Of a DNA stretch of 64,000 bases, positions 27,815-39,000 are shown piece by piece. This DNA is from a virus: the IMG/VR virus record IMGVR_UViG_3300025816_000002; one strand, written 5' to 3'. Under the pieces are notes generated by a model, which saw nothing but the letters and a program-made list of their open reading frames with translations, was not told the origin of the DNA and searched no databases. The position numbers and the translations under genes were made by a program. Numbering within the stretch: position 1 is the first letter of the stretch; the number at the start of each line of letters is the position of its first letter.

Positions 27815-30800
27815 ATGGCTGAAATAAAAAACACTTTTCTTAAGGGAAAAATGAATCAAGATCTTGACTCTCGTATTGTACCTAACGGTGAATACAGAGA
27901 AGCTAGAAATTTATCTATAAGTAGATCAGAAGGTTCTACTGTAGGTGAATTTGAAAACGTTTTAGGTAATATAAAAATATCAAGTCTAGGTGATTTAAGC
28001 CCAGCTGCTCCAGCTAATACTGAAATTATAGGTAAATTCATTGATGACAATTCAAGTATGGCTTATTTTATGGCTACTGATTGGAATCCAGGTGATGAAA
28101 CTAGAGCTCCAGGTACCGCTAAGTGTTACATAGTAAGCGTTGACTTGTCTTCTACAAACCCCCCATTAGTACTGGTTCAAGGTAGTTTTTTAAATTTTAA
28201 TCAAGGTTATATAATAACCGGTATAAATTTAATTGAAAATCAATTATTTTGGACAGACAATTTAAACCAGCCAAGAAAAATAAATGTAGCTCTTGCTACT
28301 AGCAATTCATCGCATTACACAACAGAAGATCAAATATCTGTAGCAAAATATGCTCCCTTCGAGCCAATACTAGCTATAGAAAGAGTTCAAACAACTTTAA
28401 ATGGAGACGTTACAGCTTCCGATACTATAGTTGTAGCAGATTCTACCGGTATAAAAGTAGGTGATATTGTTACTGATAAAGTAAAACTTGGCGCACAACA
28501 AATATTAGAATTAGTTACAGTTATAGGAAAACCTGCTGTAGATCCGCTAGCTATTCCTCCTGTTGCAGCAAACACATTAACATTATCTATTCCTGTTACT
28601 ATAATAGATACTACTCCTTTAGATTTCAGCAGACCTTCTATGACTAATAAGAAGGATTTATTTATGTCTAATCATTCTTCAGGGGCTGTTACTATAACTG
28701 GAGGAGGTACACCTAATCCAATAACAGCTGTATACACTATAAGCGCGACCGGAGCTGATGTTGATTTTTTATACAGCGGTAACAACGGAATACCTAAAGT
28801 AGGTGATTTAGTTAGTGGGCCAGGAATATCTGCTGATACTAGGGTTTCTTTTGTTGAAGTAGTAGATAATGATGCGGCTACACCTAAGCAATCTATATCT
28901 ATAAAGCTAAATAAAGAAACTACAACCGTTAATACAAATGTTATATCAATAAGTGATAACCCTGATTACGATGCTAATTGGAAAGGTGATGATAATTTTT
29001 TAGAGGATAAGTTTGTAAGGTTTAGTTATAGGTTTAAATTTGAAGATAACGAATATTCTTTAATGGCGCCTTTTAGCCAACCTATGTTTATACCAAAACA
29101 ATACAGTCAATTTGGCGGAAGTTTATTGTCCCCTACAGAAGATATGGATGATGCTTACAAATCTACCATTATAACGTGGTTTGAAAATAATATAAACAAT
29201 ATACTTTTAAAAATACCTGTAATGTCGAGTACAGCGGCAGGTTTAACGAACAGCTTCAAGATAACCGACATCGACATACTATATAAGGAATCGGATGCGT
29301 TAGCTGTAAAAGTGCTTGACACTGTTGAGATGGCTAATCCATCTCCTACTTTTTCTTCAATAGCATTTCACGATGCTATCCACGGCATAAACACCAAATA
29401 CTTTTTAGACTATGACTACAGCTCCACAAAGCCATACAAAACATTACCTAATAATCAAGTAACAAGAGTATCTGATAAAGTTCCTGTAAGAGCGCTAGCT
29501 CAGGAAGTTATAGGTAATAGAATTGTTTATGGAAACTATTTAGACAGACACACAGGGCCTAACTCAATAGATTTTAGTGCAAATGCTAGTAATAAATCTA
29601 CTAAGTTTGACAATTATACACAATACCCAAAACATCAATTAAAACAAAATAGAACATATCAAGTAGGCTTTGTGCTTTCAGATAGATACGGAAGACAGTC
29701 GGATGTAATTTTATCATCTTACGACAATGTGCCTGGTATATCGGGATCTACTGTTTTTCATCCTTATAATACCTTAGCTGATCAAACTTCTAACGCAATT
29801 TTAGATTGGCTAGGAGATGCCTTGGTCGTTACTTTAAATAAAGCGGTGCAATCAACTTACAATATAGCGTTAGGCACACCTGGTATTTACTCTGCAGATA
29901 ACCCACTTGGATGGTACTCTTATAAAGTAGTTGTAAAACAGACAGAGCAAGAATACTATAATGTTTATTTACCTGGGTTTGTGAATGGATACCCTGTAAC
30001 TCAAAATAACGAAAGAAACAAAAGTTTTTTCACAACTCTTTTAGGCGACAACGTAAACAAGATACCTAGAAATCTAAAAGAAGTAGGGCCTAACGATAGA
30101 GACTATGGAAGTGATGAAAGCTTAAATATTAGAGTTAACAATCCGCTTATAAATAATAAAAGCGGAGCTGTATATCCGAAGACTAAAGCTTGGAACGCTC
30201 AGTACTATCCATCAGGTATAGAACAAGAGGTTATACAAATAGCTACAGTGAGAGATATGGAAATACAAGCCATACCTTTTAAACCAAATGCTGTGAGTGG
30301 AGAATACGGTGAGTCTGCTATATTACAAACTTACAATTACTTTGGAGGCGTAGTGGCTAATGGGGTAGAAAGCGTAAACGAAGTTCCAGAACCTACGGGT
30401 AGAATACCATGGGGTACAACAGGGCCAGACGCTCCTTTGTATAGCGCAGATTCAAACCCTTTTGTTATAAAAGGTAATCAATCTGAAAATATAAACAATC
30501 CGATAGGTGCTTATGTTACTACCTTTTCTGTAAACGCCCCACCTTCGCCTCCTACTCGTCCTGTATTCTCTATGGTGCCTTTTTTATCAGTAGCTGAAAC
30601 AAACCCGGTTGAATCTTTGTTGGATATATTTTGGGAAACATCATTATCTGGAAATTTAGCAGAATTAAATGCTTTGGTTGATTCCCAATACGGAGGGTTG
30701 ACAAGCTCTAACTTTGTAGCTGCTGAATTTTTTGAAAATGTAACAAATCCAACTATAGTAGGAACGCCTTTTAAATTTAAAGACGGAGCTGGAACCGAAA

Positions 30801-31966
30801 TAAATGCTTCTCTTATTACTATAAACAGTATAAGCATAATAGACGCGGACGGAAATGCTTTTGATCCTAATAACCTTCCTTTTACGATAACACCAAATGG
30901 ACAAAACTTTGAAATTAAAACTAACACTACGTTTTTTTATAACACAGATGTTGATACTTCAGGTTCAGGTGTATACACTATAACTGTTAACACAAGTTAC
31001 ACAAGTGGAGCAGGAGATTTTGACGACCCTATAACATTGCCAAATATATCCTTAAAGAACTCAGCTCCAGTAATAGGTTCATTCGTTCAGCCTACAGGCG
31101 TAACGACACAAGCGAACCAAGTTATAATAGATACATTAACAGCTGTAAACGGCAGTGCCAATACAAGTGTTAATACGGAAGAGTTAAAGTGGTCGTTAGA
31201 CCCGATTAGAACGGATTTTTCTATAAACGAAGATACAGGTGATTTAACTTCTACAGAAGAATTAATTGATAACACCCTTTATAATGTAGGTATAAAAGTA
31301 ACTGATCTTAACGGAAACGGCTTATCAGATACAGCAACTTTGACTTTTCAGGTTGGGAACCCTAGAGTAAACAAAGCTTTATGCGAGGGGTGGCAAGCCG
31401 GTTTAACCACTAGGTGCGAAAGTGCTCTTAGGGTTCAGTTTTTTAATGACGCTATAGAGGTAAACGAACAAGCTGAATCTGTTACAAATAATGGATTTAC
31501 AGTTACATACCCTGGAGTAAATCAATCAGATGTATATAATGTTCTTGCGCGCAACCCTACAAGTGTAATTCCTCCAGGTATAACACCTGTAGATAATACA
31601 ACCGGAGCTTTATTACAGGGGGCTTTATTCATAAAGCCAACTCTAGCAAATGTAGGTGGAAGCGCTGGACAAGATGATGATATTATTGGATTTACGATTC
31701 AACATAAACCTGTCGGATCAGGTAGCTGGAGTCAAGCCGTAGACTCTAGTGGATTTACCGTGTATAATGAAACATTGCAAGTAGGTGTTAATGATACTGT
31801 TTTTATAGAAAAGATTTTTGATACACCTGGAGAATATAAAGTTTTAAGCACAAGAATAAGTGGTGGTCAATGCAACTTGTCTCCTCAAAATTTATCAACT
31901 AGCTTTACAGTTGAATTTGGAGACGCAAATTATGTGGGAGATCCATGTGATGATGCTCCGTTGTAA
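27815..31966 (+). CDS. Tail stabilisation/nozzle protein, N-terminal part, with Ig/cadherin-like domains
   Basis: KGKMNQDLDSRIVPNGEYREARN, LFWTDNLNQPRKIN, RFSYRFKFEDNEYS, GNRIVYGNY, RTYQVGFVLSDRYGRQS. Confidence 0.75.
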   Translation: MAEIKNTFLKGKMNQDLDSRIVPNGEYREARNLSISRSEGSTVGEFENVLGNIKISSLGDLSPAAPANTEIIGKFIDDNSSMAYFMATDWNPGDETRAPGTAKCYIVSVDLSSTNPPLVLVQGSFLNFNQGYIITGINLIENQLFWTDNLNQPRKINVALATSNSSHYTTEDQISVAKYAPFEPILAIERVQTTLNGDVTASDTIVVADSTGIKVGDIVTDKVKLGAQQILELVTVIGKPAVDPLAIPPVAANTLTLSIPVTIIDTTPLDFSRPSMTNKKDLFMSNHSSGAVTITGGGTPNPITAVYTISATGADVDFLYSGNNGIPKVGDLVSGPGISADTRVSFVEVVDNDAATPKQSISIKLNKETTTVNTNVISISDNPDYDANWKGDDNFLEDKFVRFSYRFKFEDNEYSLMAPFSQPMFIPKQYSQFGGSLLSPTEDMDDAYKSTIITWFENNINNILLKIPVMSSTAAGLTNSFKITDIDILYKESDALAVKVLDTVEMANPSPTFSSIAFHDAIHGINTKYFLDYDYSSTKPYKTLPNNQVTRVSDKVPVRALAQEVIGNRIVYGNYLDRHTGPNSIDFSANASNKSTKFDNYTQYPKHQLKQNRTYQVGFVLSDRYGRQSDVILSSYDNVPGISGSTVFHPYNTLADQTSNAILDWLGDALVVTLNKAVQSTYNIALGTPGIYSADNPLGWYSYKVVVKQTEQEYYNVYLPGFVNGYPVTQNNERNKSFFTTLLGDNVNKIPRNLKEVGPNDRDYGSDESLNIRVNNPLINNKSGAVYPKTKAWNAQYYPSGIEQEVIQIATVRDMEIQAIPFKPNAVSGEYGESAILQTYNYFGGVVANGVESVNEVPEPTGRIPWGTTGPDAPLYSADSNPFVIKGNQSENINNPIGAYVTTFSVNAPPSPPTRPVFSMVPFLSVAETNPVESLLDIFWETSLSGNLAELNALVDSQYGGLTSSNFVAAEFFENVTNPTIVGTPFKFKDGAGTEINASLITINSISIIDADGNAFDPNNLPFTITPNGQNFEIKTNTTFFYNTDVDTSGSGVYTITVNTSYTSGAGDFDDPITLPNISLKNSAPVIGSFVQPTGVTTQANQVIIDTLTAVNGSANTSVNTEELKWSLDPIRTDFSINEDTGDLTSTEELIDNTLYNVGIKVTDLNGNGLSDTATLTFQVGNPRVNKALCEGWQAGLTTRCESALRVQFFNDAIEVNEQAESVTNNGFTVTYPGVNQSDVYNVLARNPTSVIPPGITPVDNTTGALLQGALFIKPTLANVGGSAGQDDDIIGFTIQHKPVGSGSWSQAVDSSGFTVYNETLQVGVNDTVFIEKIFDTPGEYKVLSTRISGGQCNLSPQNLSTSFTVEFGDANYVGDPCDDAPL

Positions 31967-31991
31967 TAAAAGAAAAAAACAAGTAATAAAT
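31963..31991 (+). promoter_or_regulatory. Putative late promoter copy 5
   Basis: GTAATA-N14-GTAATAAAT. Confidence 0.55.
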
Positions 31992-31996
31992 ATAAT

Positions 31997-33616
31997 ATGC
32001 CAATAACATTAGAAGTAGGATATTTTAACTCATTTTACATGAAGAGATTAGCTGATTTGCCTGCTGGAAACGGTGAGACAGGAAGTGCTAATTATACATC
32101 TCCAACTACTAGTGTAATTCAAGAAGATTGGTACATAGAAGAATCTAGAATACGAGGCGGTTATAATAATACTTCTACTGATTTAGGTGTAAAAGCTTAT
32201 ATCGTAGAAGATAACGATGCCCAGCAGCGTAGAAAAAATTCATTAATATATTCAGGAATATTTAATTCCAGGACAGGCGTAAACCAATCTAATCAATTTA
32301 GTACAGCCGAAGAGATAACTAGAAGTGTTGATCCTTCTGGTGGTAGCATACAAAAGCTTTACGCTGAAGATACTAACTTAATAATATTTCAAGAAGATAA
32401 AGTTAATAGAGCTTTAATAGACAAGGACGCTATATATTCCGCTGAAGGCTCAGCTATAACAACCACAGCCAATTTAGTTATAGGTCAAATAGTTTCATAT
32501 GCTGGAGAGTATGGTATATCTACAAACCCAGAATCTTTTGCTGTTTACGGATATCAAAAATACTTTACTGATCGTAATAGAAACGCAGTTTTAAGACTGT
32601 CAAGAGATGGTATAACTGAAATATCGAATTACGGTATGGTAGATTTCTTTAGAGATAAGCTATCGCTAGTAGGTACTACGGGTAAAATTATTGGTTCTTA
32701 CGATATATATAACAAAAACTATGTAGTATCTTTGCAAGAAAACAACGGCAACTATAATACTTTAGGGTTTGAAGAATCTACTAATGGTTGGATTAGTTTT
32801 TATGACTACAAGCCAAGCAGCGGATTTAGCTCTCAAGGTAAGTTTTTTACAACAAATGGTACATCGGTATGGAAACACTATTCTACAGATGTTAATAGAG
32901 GTAGCTTTTATGGAACAAGCAATAAGTCTTCTGTTAAATTAATATTAAATCCTGACCCTACAAGAGTAAAGACTTTTAAAACAATAGATTACGAAGGTAC
33001 AAATGGATGGGAAGTAATATCTTTAGTTTCAGATGAAACAGGGACTGATTTAGTTAACGGAGTATGGGTTAATAACAGCGAGCAAGGTACTAGCAGTGCT
33101 GATCCAGCTACTTTTACTTTAACTAATCCAGGAAGCGGATTTTACGTTACAGGTAATAACGTAGGAACTTCATCGGATGGCTTTGGTGTTGGAATGAAAG
33201 TTAATATAGTTGCAAGCGGAGGCATAACTCAAATATCAATATCTGACCCTGGATTTGGATATCAACCAGGAGATGTTCAAACAGTATTAGCAAACGGAGG
33301 CGGTGGAGTTGGCGTTAATGCTACATTTGTATTAAATACTTATACCAACGTGTATAGCAGAATATACAGTTATGATGAAGGTATATACTTTGAAAATAAC
33401 ATACCCTACAGAGCAGGGTTTGACAGGAAGCAAAACAGATATGTTGCTGCTATAAGAAATAATTCAACAACTCCTTTAGCGGGTCAAGTTTTAAGTGGAC
33501 CTAGCAACACAGGTATAAAAGCATACTACACAACAGTAACTATGCAAACAGATACTACTACAGATCCCGGTGGATTAAAAGAATTATTCGCGGTAAGTTC
33601 AACATACGGAAGATAA
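31997..33616 (+). CDS. Tail stabilisation/nozzle protein, C-terminal beta-propeller part
   Basis: GSIQKLYAEDTNLIIFQEDKV, GEYGISTNPESFA, YFTDRNRNAVLRLSRDGITEIS. Confidence 0.75.
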   Translation: MPITLEVGYFNSFYMKRLADLPAGNGETGSANYTSPTTSVIQEDWYIEESRIRGGYNNTSTDLGVKAYIVEDNDAQQRRKNSLIYSGIFNSRTGVNQSNQFSTAEEITRSVDPSGGSIQKLYAEDTNLIIFQEDKVNRALIDKDAIYSAEGSAITTTANLVIGQIVSYAGEYGISTNPESFAVYGYQKYFTDRNRNAVLRLSRDGITEISNYGMVDFFRDKLSLVGTTGKIIGSYDIYNKNYVVSLQENNGNYNTLGFEESTNGWISFYDYKPSSGFSSQGKFFTTNGTSVWKHYSTDVNRGSFYGTSNKSSVKLILNPDPTRVKTFKTIDYEGTNGWEVISLVSDETGTDLVNGVWVNNSEQGTSSADPATFTLTNPGSGFYVTGNNVGTSSDGFGVGMKVNIVASGGITQISISDPGFGYQPGDVQTVLANGGGGVGVNATFVLNTYTNVYSRIYSYDEGIYFENNIPYRAGFDRKQNRYVAAIRNNSTTPLAGQVLSGPSNTGIKAYYTTVTMQTDTTTDPGGLKELFAVSSTYGR

Positions 33617-33626
33617 AACAAATAAC

Positions 33627-34571
33627 ATGATAGAATTTTTAGAAATATTTTTATTTGGACAAGGCGATGTTCAAATGGCGGAACCTTTAAGCTTAGGAGC
33701 GGCTGCTTTAATATCAGCGGGTACTCAAATTTTAGGCTCTTTGTTCGGCGGGGGTGCAAGAAGAAGAGCAGAGAGAGATGCTCAACGCAAACAAGCTAGG
33801 CTTCAAAGAAAACTTAGTAACCTAGAAGCTAATAGACAAGCAATAACAAATCCTTACTCAGGTGTTAAAAACTTAAGCGGCTTAGCTGTAGACCTTAGCT
33901 CTAGCTTATCAAACCCTTATGCTAACTTAAGTGTAGCTACTCAAGCCGCTGAAATGCAAGTAGAGCAAGCTGACATATCATTAGCTAATACTTTGGATAC
34001 TATAAGATCTACTGGATCCGGAGCTGGAGGTGCTACTGCCTTAGCGCAAGCTGCTTTACAAAGTAAAAAAGGTGTATCCGCTAGCATTGAGCAACAAGAA
34101 GCAAATAATGAAAGGCTAAGAGCCCAAGGTGAGCAGCAAATGGAACAATTAAAAATGCAAGAAGGAGCTAGAATTCAAGGTATACAAATTGCTGAAGGAG
34201 GCAGAACCCAAGGGCTAGATGCTGCTGGAAAACAATTTATGTTTAGCACAAAAGAGAATAGGGAAATGGCGCAACTGGATAGAGTATCAGCACAGCTAGC
34301 TGGAGCTCAAGGGCAAGCAATGCAAGCATCTGCTGCTAGACAAGCAAATACCGCAGGTTTAATTGGTGGTTTGGCTGGAATTGGAGGTAACCTATTAACA
34401 GGTTTAGCGCAGCAAAATCAACCAGCGAGCGTTGCTAATAATAATTTAACCCTTGGTCAATACCAGCAAGGGCAACAAATGGCTAATAGCGCGGCGAATT
34501 ACGCTATGCAAATAGCAATGAATCCTATGGGTATAAACTTGCCTCCTATAGGAAATTCTTCTGGAAATTAA
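33627..34571 (+). CDS. Putative ejection/pilot protein
   Basis: G/A/Q-rich glycine-zipper N-terminus, coiled coil; position after tail genes. Confidence 0.65.
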   Translation: MIEFLEIFLFGQGDVQMAEPLSLGAAALISAGTQILGSLFGGGARRRAERDAQRKQARLQRKLSNLEANRQAITNPYSGVKNLSGLAVDLSSSLSNPYANLSVATQAAEMQVEQADISLANTLDTIRSTGSGAGGATALAQAALQSKKGVSASIEQQEANNERLRAQGEQQMEQLKMQEGARIQGIQIAEGGRTQGLDAAGKQFMFSTKENREMAQLDRVSAQLAGAQGQAMQASAARQANTAGLIGGLAGIGGNLLTGLAQQNQPASVANNNLTLGQYQQGQQMANSAANYAMQIAMNPMGINLPPIGNSSGN

Positions 34572-34581
34572 AAACAATAAA

Positions 34582-36045
34582 ATGAGTTATAGAGATCCAA
34601 AACAATACATAGATACGCAGTCAATGCAGATTCAGCAGAATCTACAAAAAACACTAGCTAATGTAGGTAGTCAAACGGTTGCTAATATAAATAAAATACA
34701 TGAAGAGAACGCTAAAAAAGTAGAAGCGATTAGAGCAAATGCAGATGCAAGAGTAGAGAAAGCGCAAAACTCAATAATACAAGCGCAATCTAAAAACCCT
34801 ACTGCTGATTTTGGTGACCTAAATACACAGTTGGAAGTTATGAACGGCATACTTTTAAAAGATCCTACTAAAAGAACAGCAAAAGAAAAAACATTCATTA
34901 CGAGCATGCAATCTATAGGAGACACAATGGGTAATATGCTTAAGAATACAGCTATGTCTCAAGAGGTAGTACTTGAACAGGCTAATAAAAAATTAGGTAC
35001 TATGGGGGCTGTAGATCCAAAAGCAGACCCTAAGCTGTACGCTAAGCTATCTGTTTTAGCAAATAGAACATCGGGACGTACCGTAGCTAGATATAAAACA
35101 AATGAAAACGGTCAAGTTGTTTTTTCTTTAGATGTTTATGAAAAAACTAAAGATGGAGAAAGATTTGTAGGTAGCGTTATAAACGACAATGTAGCCACCA
35201 CTCAAATGCCTGATATAATACCTGATGTTAATAAAGAAATGAACGAGTTTATTGCAAATACTATAAATTCAGTTGACCCTACTAGTAAGTTATCTCCAGT
35301 ACTTGATAATGAAAAAAATATACTGTACTATAAAGACAGTATGGGTAGAAGAGTGGATCCAGCTAAGTTTAGAAAAAAATTAGAAGGAGAAAGCATTGGA
35401 GCTTTAGCGGGTTATACCCCTAGAGAAATAAAATCTTTGTTTAACAACGTTCTAAAAGGAAAGGATGATACAGAATTTAGCTACGACGAAGGTCTAACTG
35501 ATGATGAGCGAGATTTAGCTAATGAAAGATTTGTGGATTACATGATGAATCAAGGTAGTGTTAAAAAAGTACTAGGAAACATTGTAGAAGAAACAATAAA
35601 AAATAAAGACGACGATAAAATTGAAGCTGAGGATTATTCAAACATTATAGAAAGTTGGGATAGTAATATTGTTGATAACAAACCCGAAAATTTTGTAAAT
35701 CAAGATATTTCTATTAACGGTAGCAAAAAAACAATAACAGATGCTTTCATTGATCCGAAATCAAATGAATTAGTATTAAAATACAAATCAGGTACTGCTG
35801 ACGAAACAAAAGAAAGAACTTATAAATTAGATGATGATAACATACATATACTTTATAAAGCTTTAGCTGGTGGTTATGATACTAATTTTTCTAAAAGCAT
35901 TATAGCAAAAGCATTAAAAACTCGCAAAAACACCAAGAAAAAAGATCCAGACCAAATAACTAGTGAAAACACAGTACTTTTTACCGAAAACGTAGGAGCT
36001 AAGACTGAAAAAGACCAAGATAGACTAAATAAATTACCACAATAA
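34582..36045 (+). CDS. Putative internal virion/ejection protein
   Basis: 487 aa helical; between pilot protein and giant virion protein. Confidence 0.55.
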   Translation: MSYRDPKQYIDTQSMQIQQNLQKTLANVGSQTVANINKIHEENAKKVEAIRANADARVEKAQNSIIQAQSKNPTADFGDLNTQLEVMNGILLKDPTKRTAKEKTFITSMQSIGDTMGNMLKNTAMSQEVVLEQANKKLGTMGAVDPKADPKLYAKLSVLANRTSGRTVARYKTNENGQVVFSLDVYEKTKDGERFVGSVINDNVATTQMPDIIPDVNKEMNEFIANTINSVDPTSKLSPVLDNEKNILYYKDSMGRRVDPAKFRKKLEGESIGALAGYTPREIKSLFNNVLKGKDDTEFSYDEGLTDDERDLANERFVDYMMNQGSVKKVLGNIVEETIKNKDDDKIEAEDYSNIIESWDSNIVDNKPENFVNQDISINGSKKTITDAFIDPKSNELVLKYKSGTADETKERTYKLDDDNIHILYKALAGGYDTNFSKSIIAKALKTRKNTKKKDPDQITSENTVLFTENVGAKTEKDQDRLNKLPQ

Positions 36046-36059
36046 TTAAATTAAACAAA

Positions 36060-39000
36060 ATGTATATATACGACGGGTCAAAGTACACTGAAGAAGAGAT
36101 TCAAAATGCAGCAGATAAAGCGGGGTTATCCCTTGAAGAGTATACTAGTAAAAATAATATTACTTTTGAAGAAGAAGTAGATTTTCCAACAAGTGCTGTA
36201 GCGGATGCGGATGCAGTACAACAACCAATGACAGCATCACAGGCAGGTTATACGGAACCAAAAGATACGGCATCTTCGTCGGTAGTTGGTTTATCGGACT
36301 CTCGAATTGAGGAAATAGAAAAAAACTTTAAAGTAGGATATTACCATCCTGAACAAAGAGAGGCTTATAAAAACTGGGAGGAAACAGGAAAAGTAGATGG
36401 CTCACTTTTGCCTGATTTTAATGTAGACGATTATAAAAAAACCGAAAGAGTTATAAATGACGATTTTAGAAAAGAAGTTGAAAAAATATATCAAGAATCT
36501 GCTAAAGGAGTTAAGTTAGATAAATTTGGCTCTTTTGATTATGATGATAAAGAATCTATTGCTAATTTTAGAGATAGAGCAATAAATAAGCTTATAAAAG
36601 AAAATAAAACTATTCAAGATAAAATTCTACCACAAGCTACAAGTCAAGCTAAATTTGAATTTGATTCTGCAAACGATAAGTTAAAAGAAAAATACGGAAT
36701 AAACAGTAAAAACGTTAGCCAAGAAAATATAGACAATTATACTAAAGAAGCTACCGCGCAATTCAATGCGTTGGTCAATTCAAAAGTAAATTCTACTCCT
36801 GAGTTTAAGCAGATTATAACAGATTTTAATTCTGTAATGGATGAAACAGGTAGAGTAGGTCTTGAAGCTTTTACTAGAGGTAAAGACTGGGAAGGTTTAA
36901 TGTCTTTAGAAAGAGGCTTGCAAGCGTCTAATAATCCACTAAGTAAACTAGTGTTTAAGTTTATACAGCAAACCTACGCTGGGGGGAAACAAATAAAAGA
37001 TGGATTAGACGAAGCGGGAGTATACGGAGCTATACAAATGAATGAAAGATTTATTTCTCAATTAGATGATTTTAAAGGAAAAGAAACAAACAAAATAAAA
37101 AATAAATACCTCGAAGAAGGTTATACTGAAGAGCAAGCAAGTTTAGGAGCCAACGAAGATATTAAGTCTCAAAAAGGTTGGTGGAGAGAGTCAGAAGATG
37201 ATCTAGCTAATGCTTTTAAGTTCGTTAAAATAACTAGCGAAAATCAAACAATTCCTTCCGGCGTCACAAAAGGAACTTTTCAAGATTATGAAAATAGTGT
37301 AAATAAAAAAACCGAAGCAGAAGATTTATCTATTAGAGGAAGATTAATAGACGTTGCGGATCAGCAATTGGCTACATCTGCTTACGGGACTGACGAGTTT
37401 AAAAACTTTATGAAGGGCGACAATATGCTAGAGAACAGTGTTAGCATGGTTGGAAAACAACTACTTCCTCAAATGGGTATTGCAATACTAACAGCTGGAG
37501 TTGGTAACGCTATTCAAATGGGTAGTGGGATGTATGTTGACGGTATAAATAATAAAATTAGAGAAAAGTACGGCTTAAGCGACGAAGAAGAAATAACTCA
37601 AGACATGCTTAAAAATGTTATTAGCGACGATGAGTTTATTGATGTTTTAGTTACAAAATCTGTTGCAGGTGGTTTTCTAGCTGGACAATTGGAAAGGTTA
37701 GGAGCTGGCAAGCTTTTAAGCAATCTAACGAACGAAGGAGCGGCTTCTATACTAAGAACAGGTATTAAAAGATATGCTCAAAGAGTTGGTGGTCAAACTA
37801 TAAGAAACTTTTCTACAGGCGCTACAGAAGCTATAACAGAGGTTTTACAAGAAGTTCTTTCAGCAAGTGTTGCAGGTGGCGAGTTAGACAAAGAGCAGCT
37901 ATTTGAAGCAGGGGGAACCGGTTTTTTAGTATCAGCAATGACTGGATTAGGTGGTAATGTCATTACTCAAACTGTGCAAGAAGTTAAAACTTTAAATAGG
38001 ATAGTAGCTGGAAAGTTAAACCCTGAAAGCGCTGAAGCTTTTTTTAACACAAAATCAGCAGAAATAGACAATATACTTAAAACCGAAACTAATCCATCTA
38101 AAATACAAGAGCTTAAAGAAAAAAAGCAATCTATATTAGACGCAAGAAACGCTAATTTAAAAATACCTTCCAACTTTTCAACTGCGGCTAAAGAAAAAAT
38201 ATTTAATTTAGTTGAAGAAAAGCAAAATATTGAAAAAGAAATTAAAAACAAAGACCCTGAACTAGTTAGAAATCAAACAGACAGAATCAAAGAGATTAAC
38301 ACCGAATTAAACGTTATATCCAGTTTAGAAACCCAGGTAAAAACGGTAGAAAAACTAACTAAAGATGTGAAAGGGCTAAAAGTTGAATCTCTTGACAATG
38401 CAGAAGCTATATCAAATTTTATTGAAGAAAACAATATTGATGTAGATGGCAAAAAAGCATCACAACAGCAAGGGTTTATTTATCAAGATCCAAAAACAGG
38501 TGAGCAAATAATCATAATAAACAAAGAAGTTGCAGCAAAAGAATATGCTGTTAATGTAGCGGCTCACGAATTTCTACACGGTCTACTATTCCAAACCGTT
38601 AAAAACTCACCTGAAACACAAGTAGCTTTAGGCAAATCTTTGAACGAATATATAAACAAAATTGATGCTACCCAGGTCAAAGATAGCAACTTTGCAAAAA
38701 GGTTAGAAAGCTATAAAGATATGGATGAAGCTACTCAATCTGAAGAAGTTCTAACTTTATTTTCTGATGCTATTGCTACTGGTGATATACAGTTTAATGA
38801 AAGCGTATTTACAAAAATTGGCGATGTTATTCGTAGAACTTTACAAAATTTAGGTGTAAAAGTTAAATTTAATAACGGCAAAGACGTTTATAATTTTGTT
38901 AAAGATTATAACAAAAGTATAGAAAAAGGAAAATTAACTAAAGCTCAAAAAGAAATTAGCAAAAAGGGAGCGACAGGATCGCTTGTTTCAGAGCAAGTTC

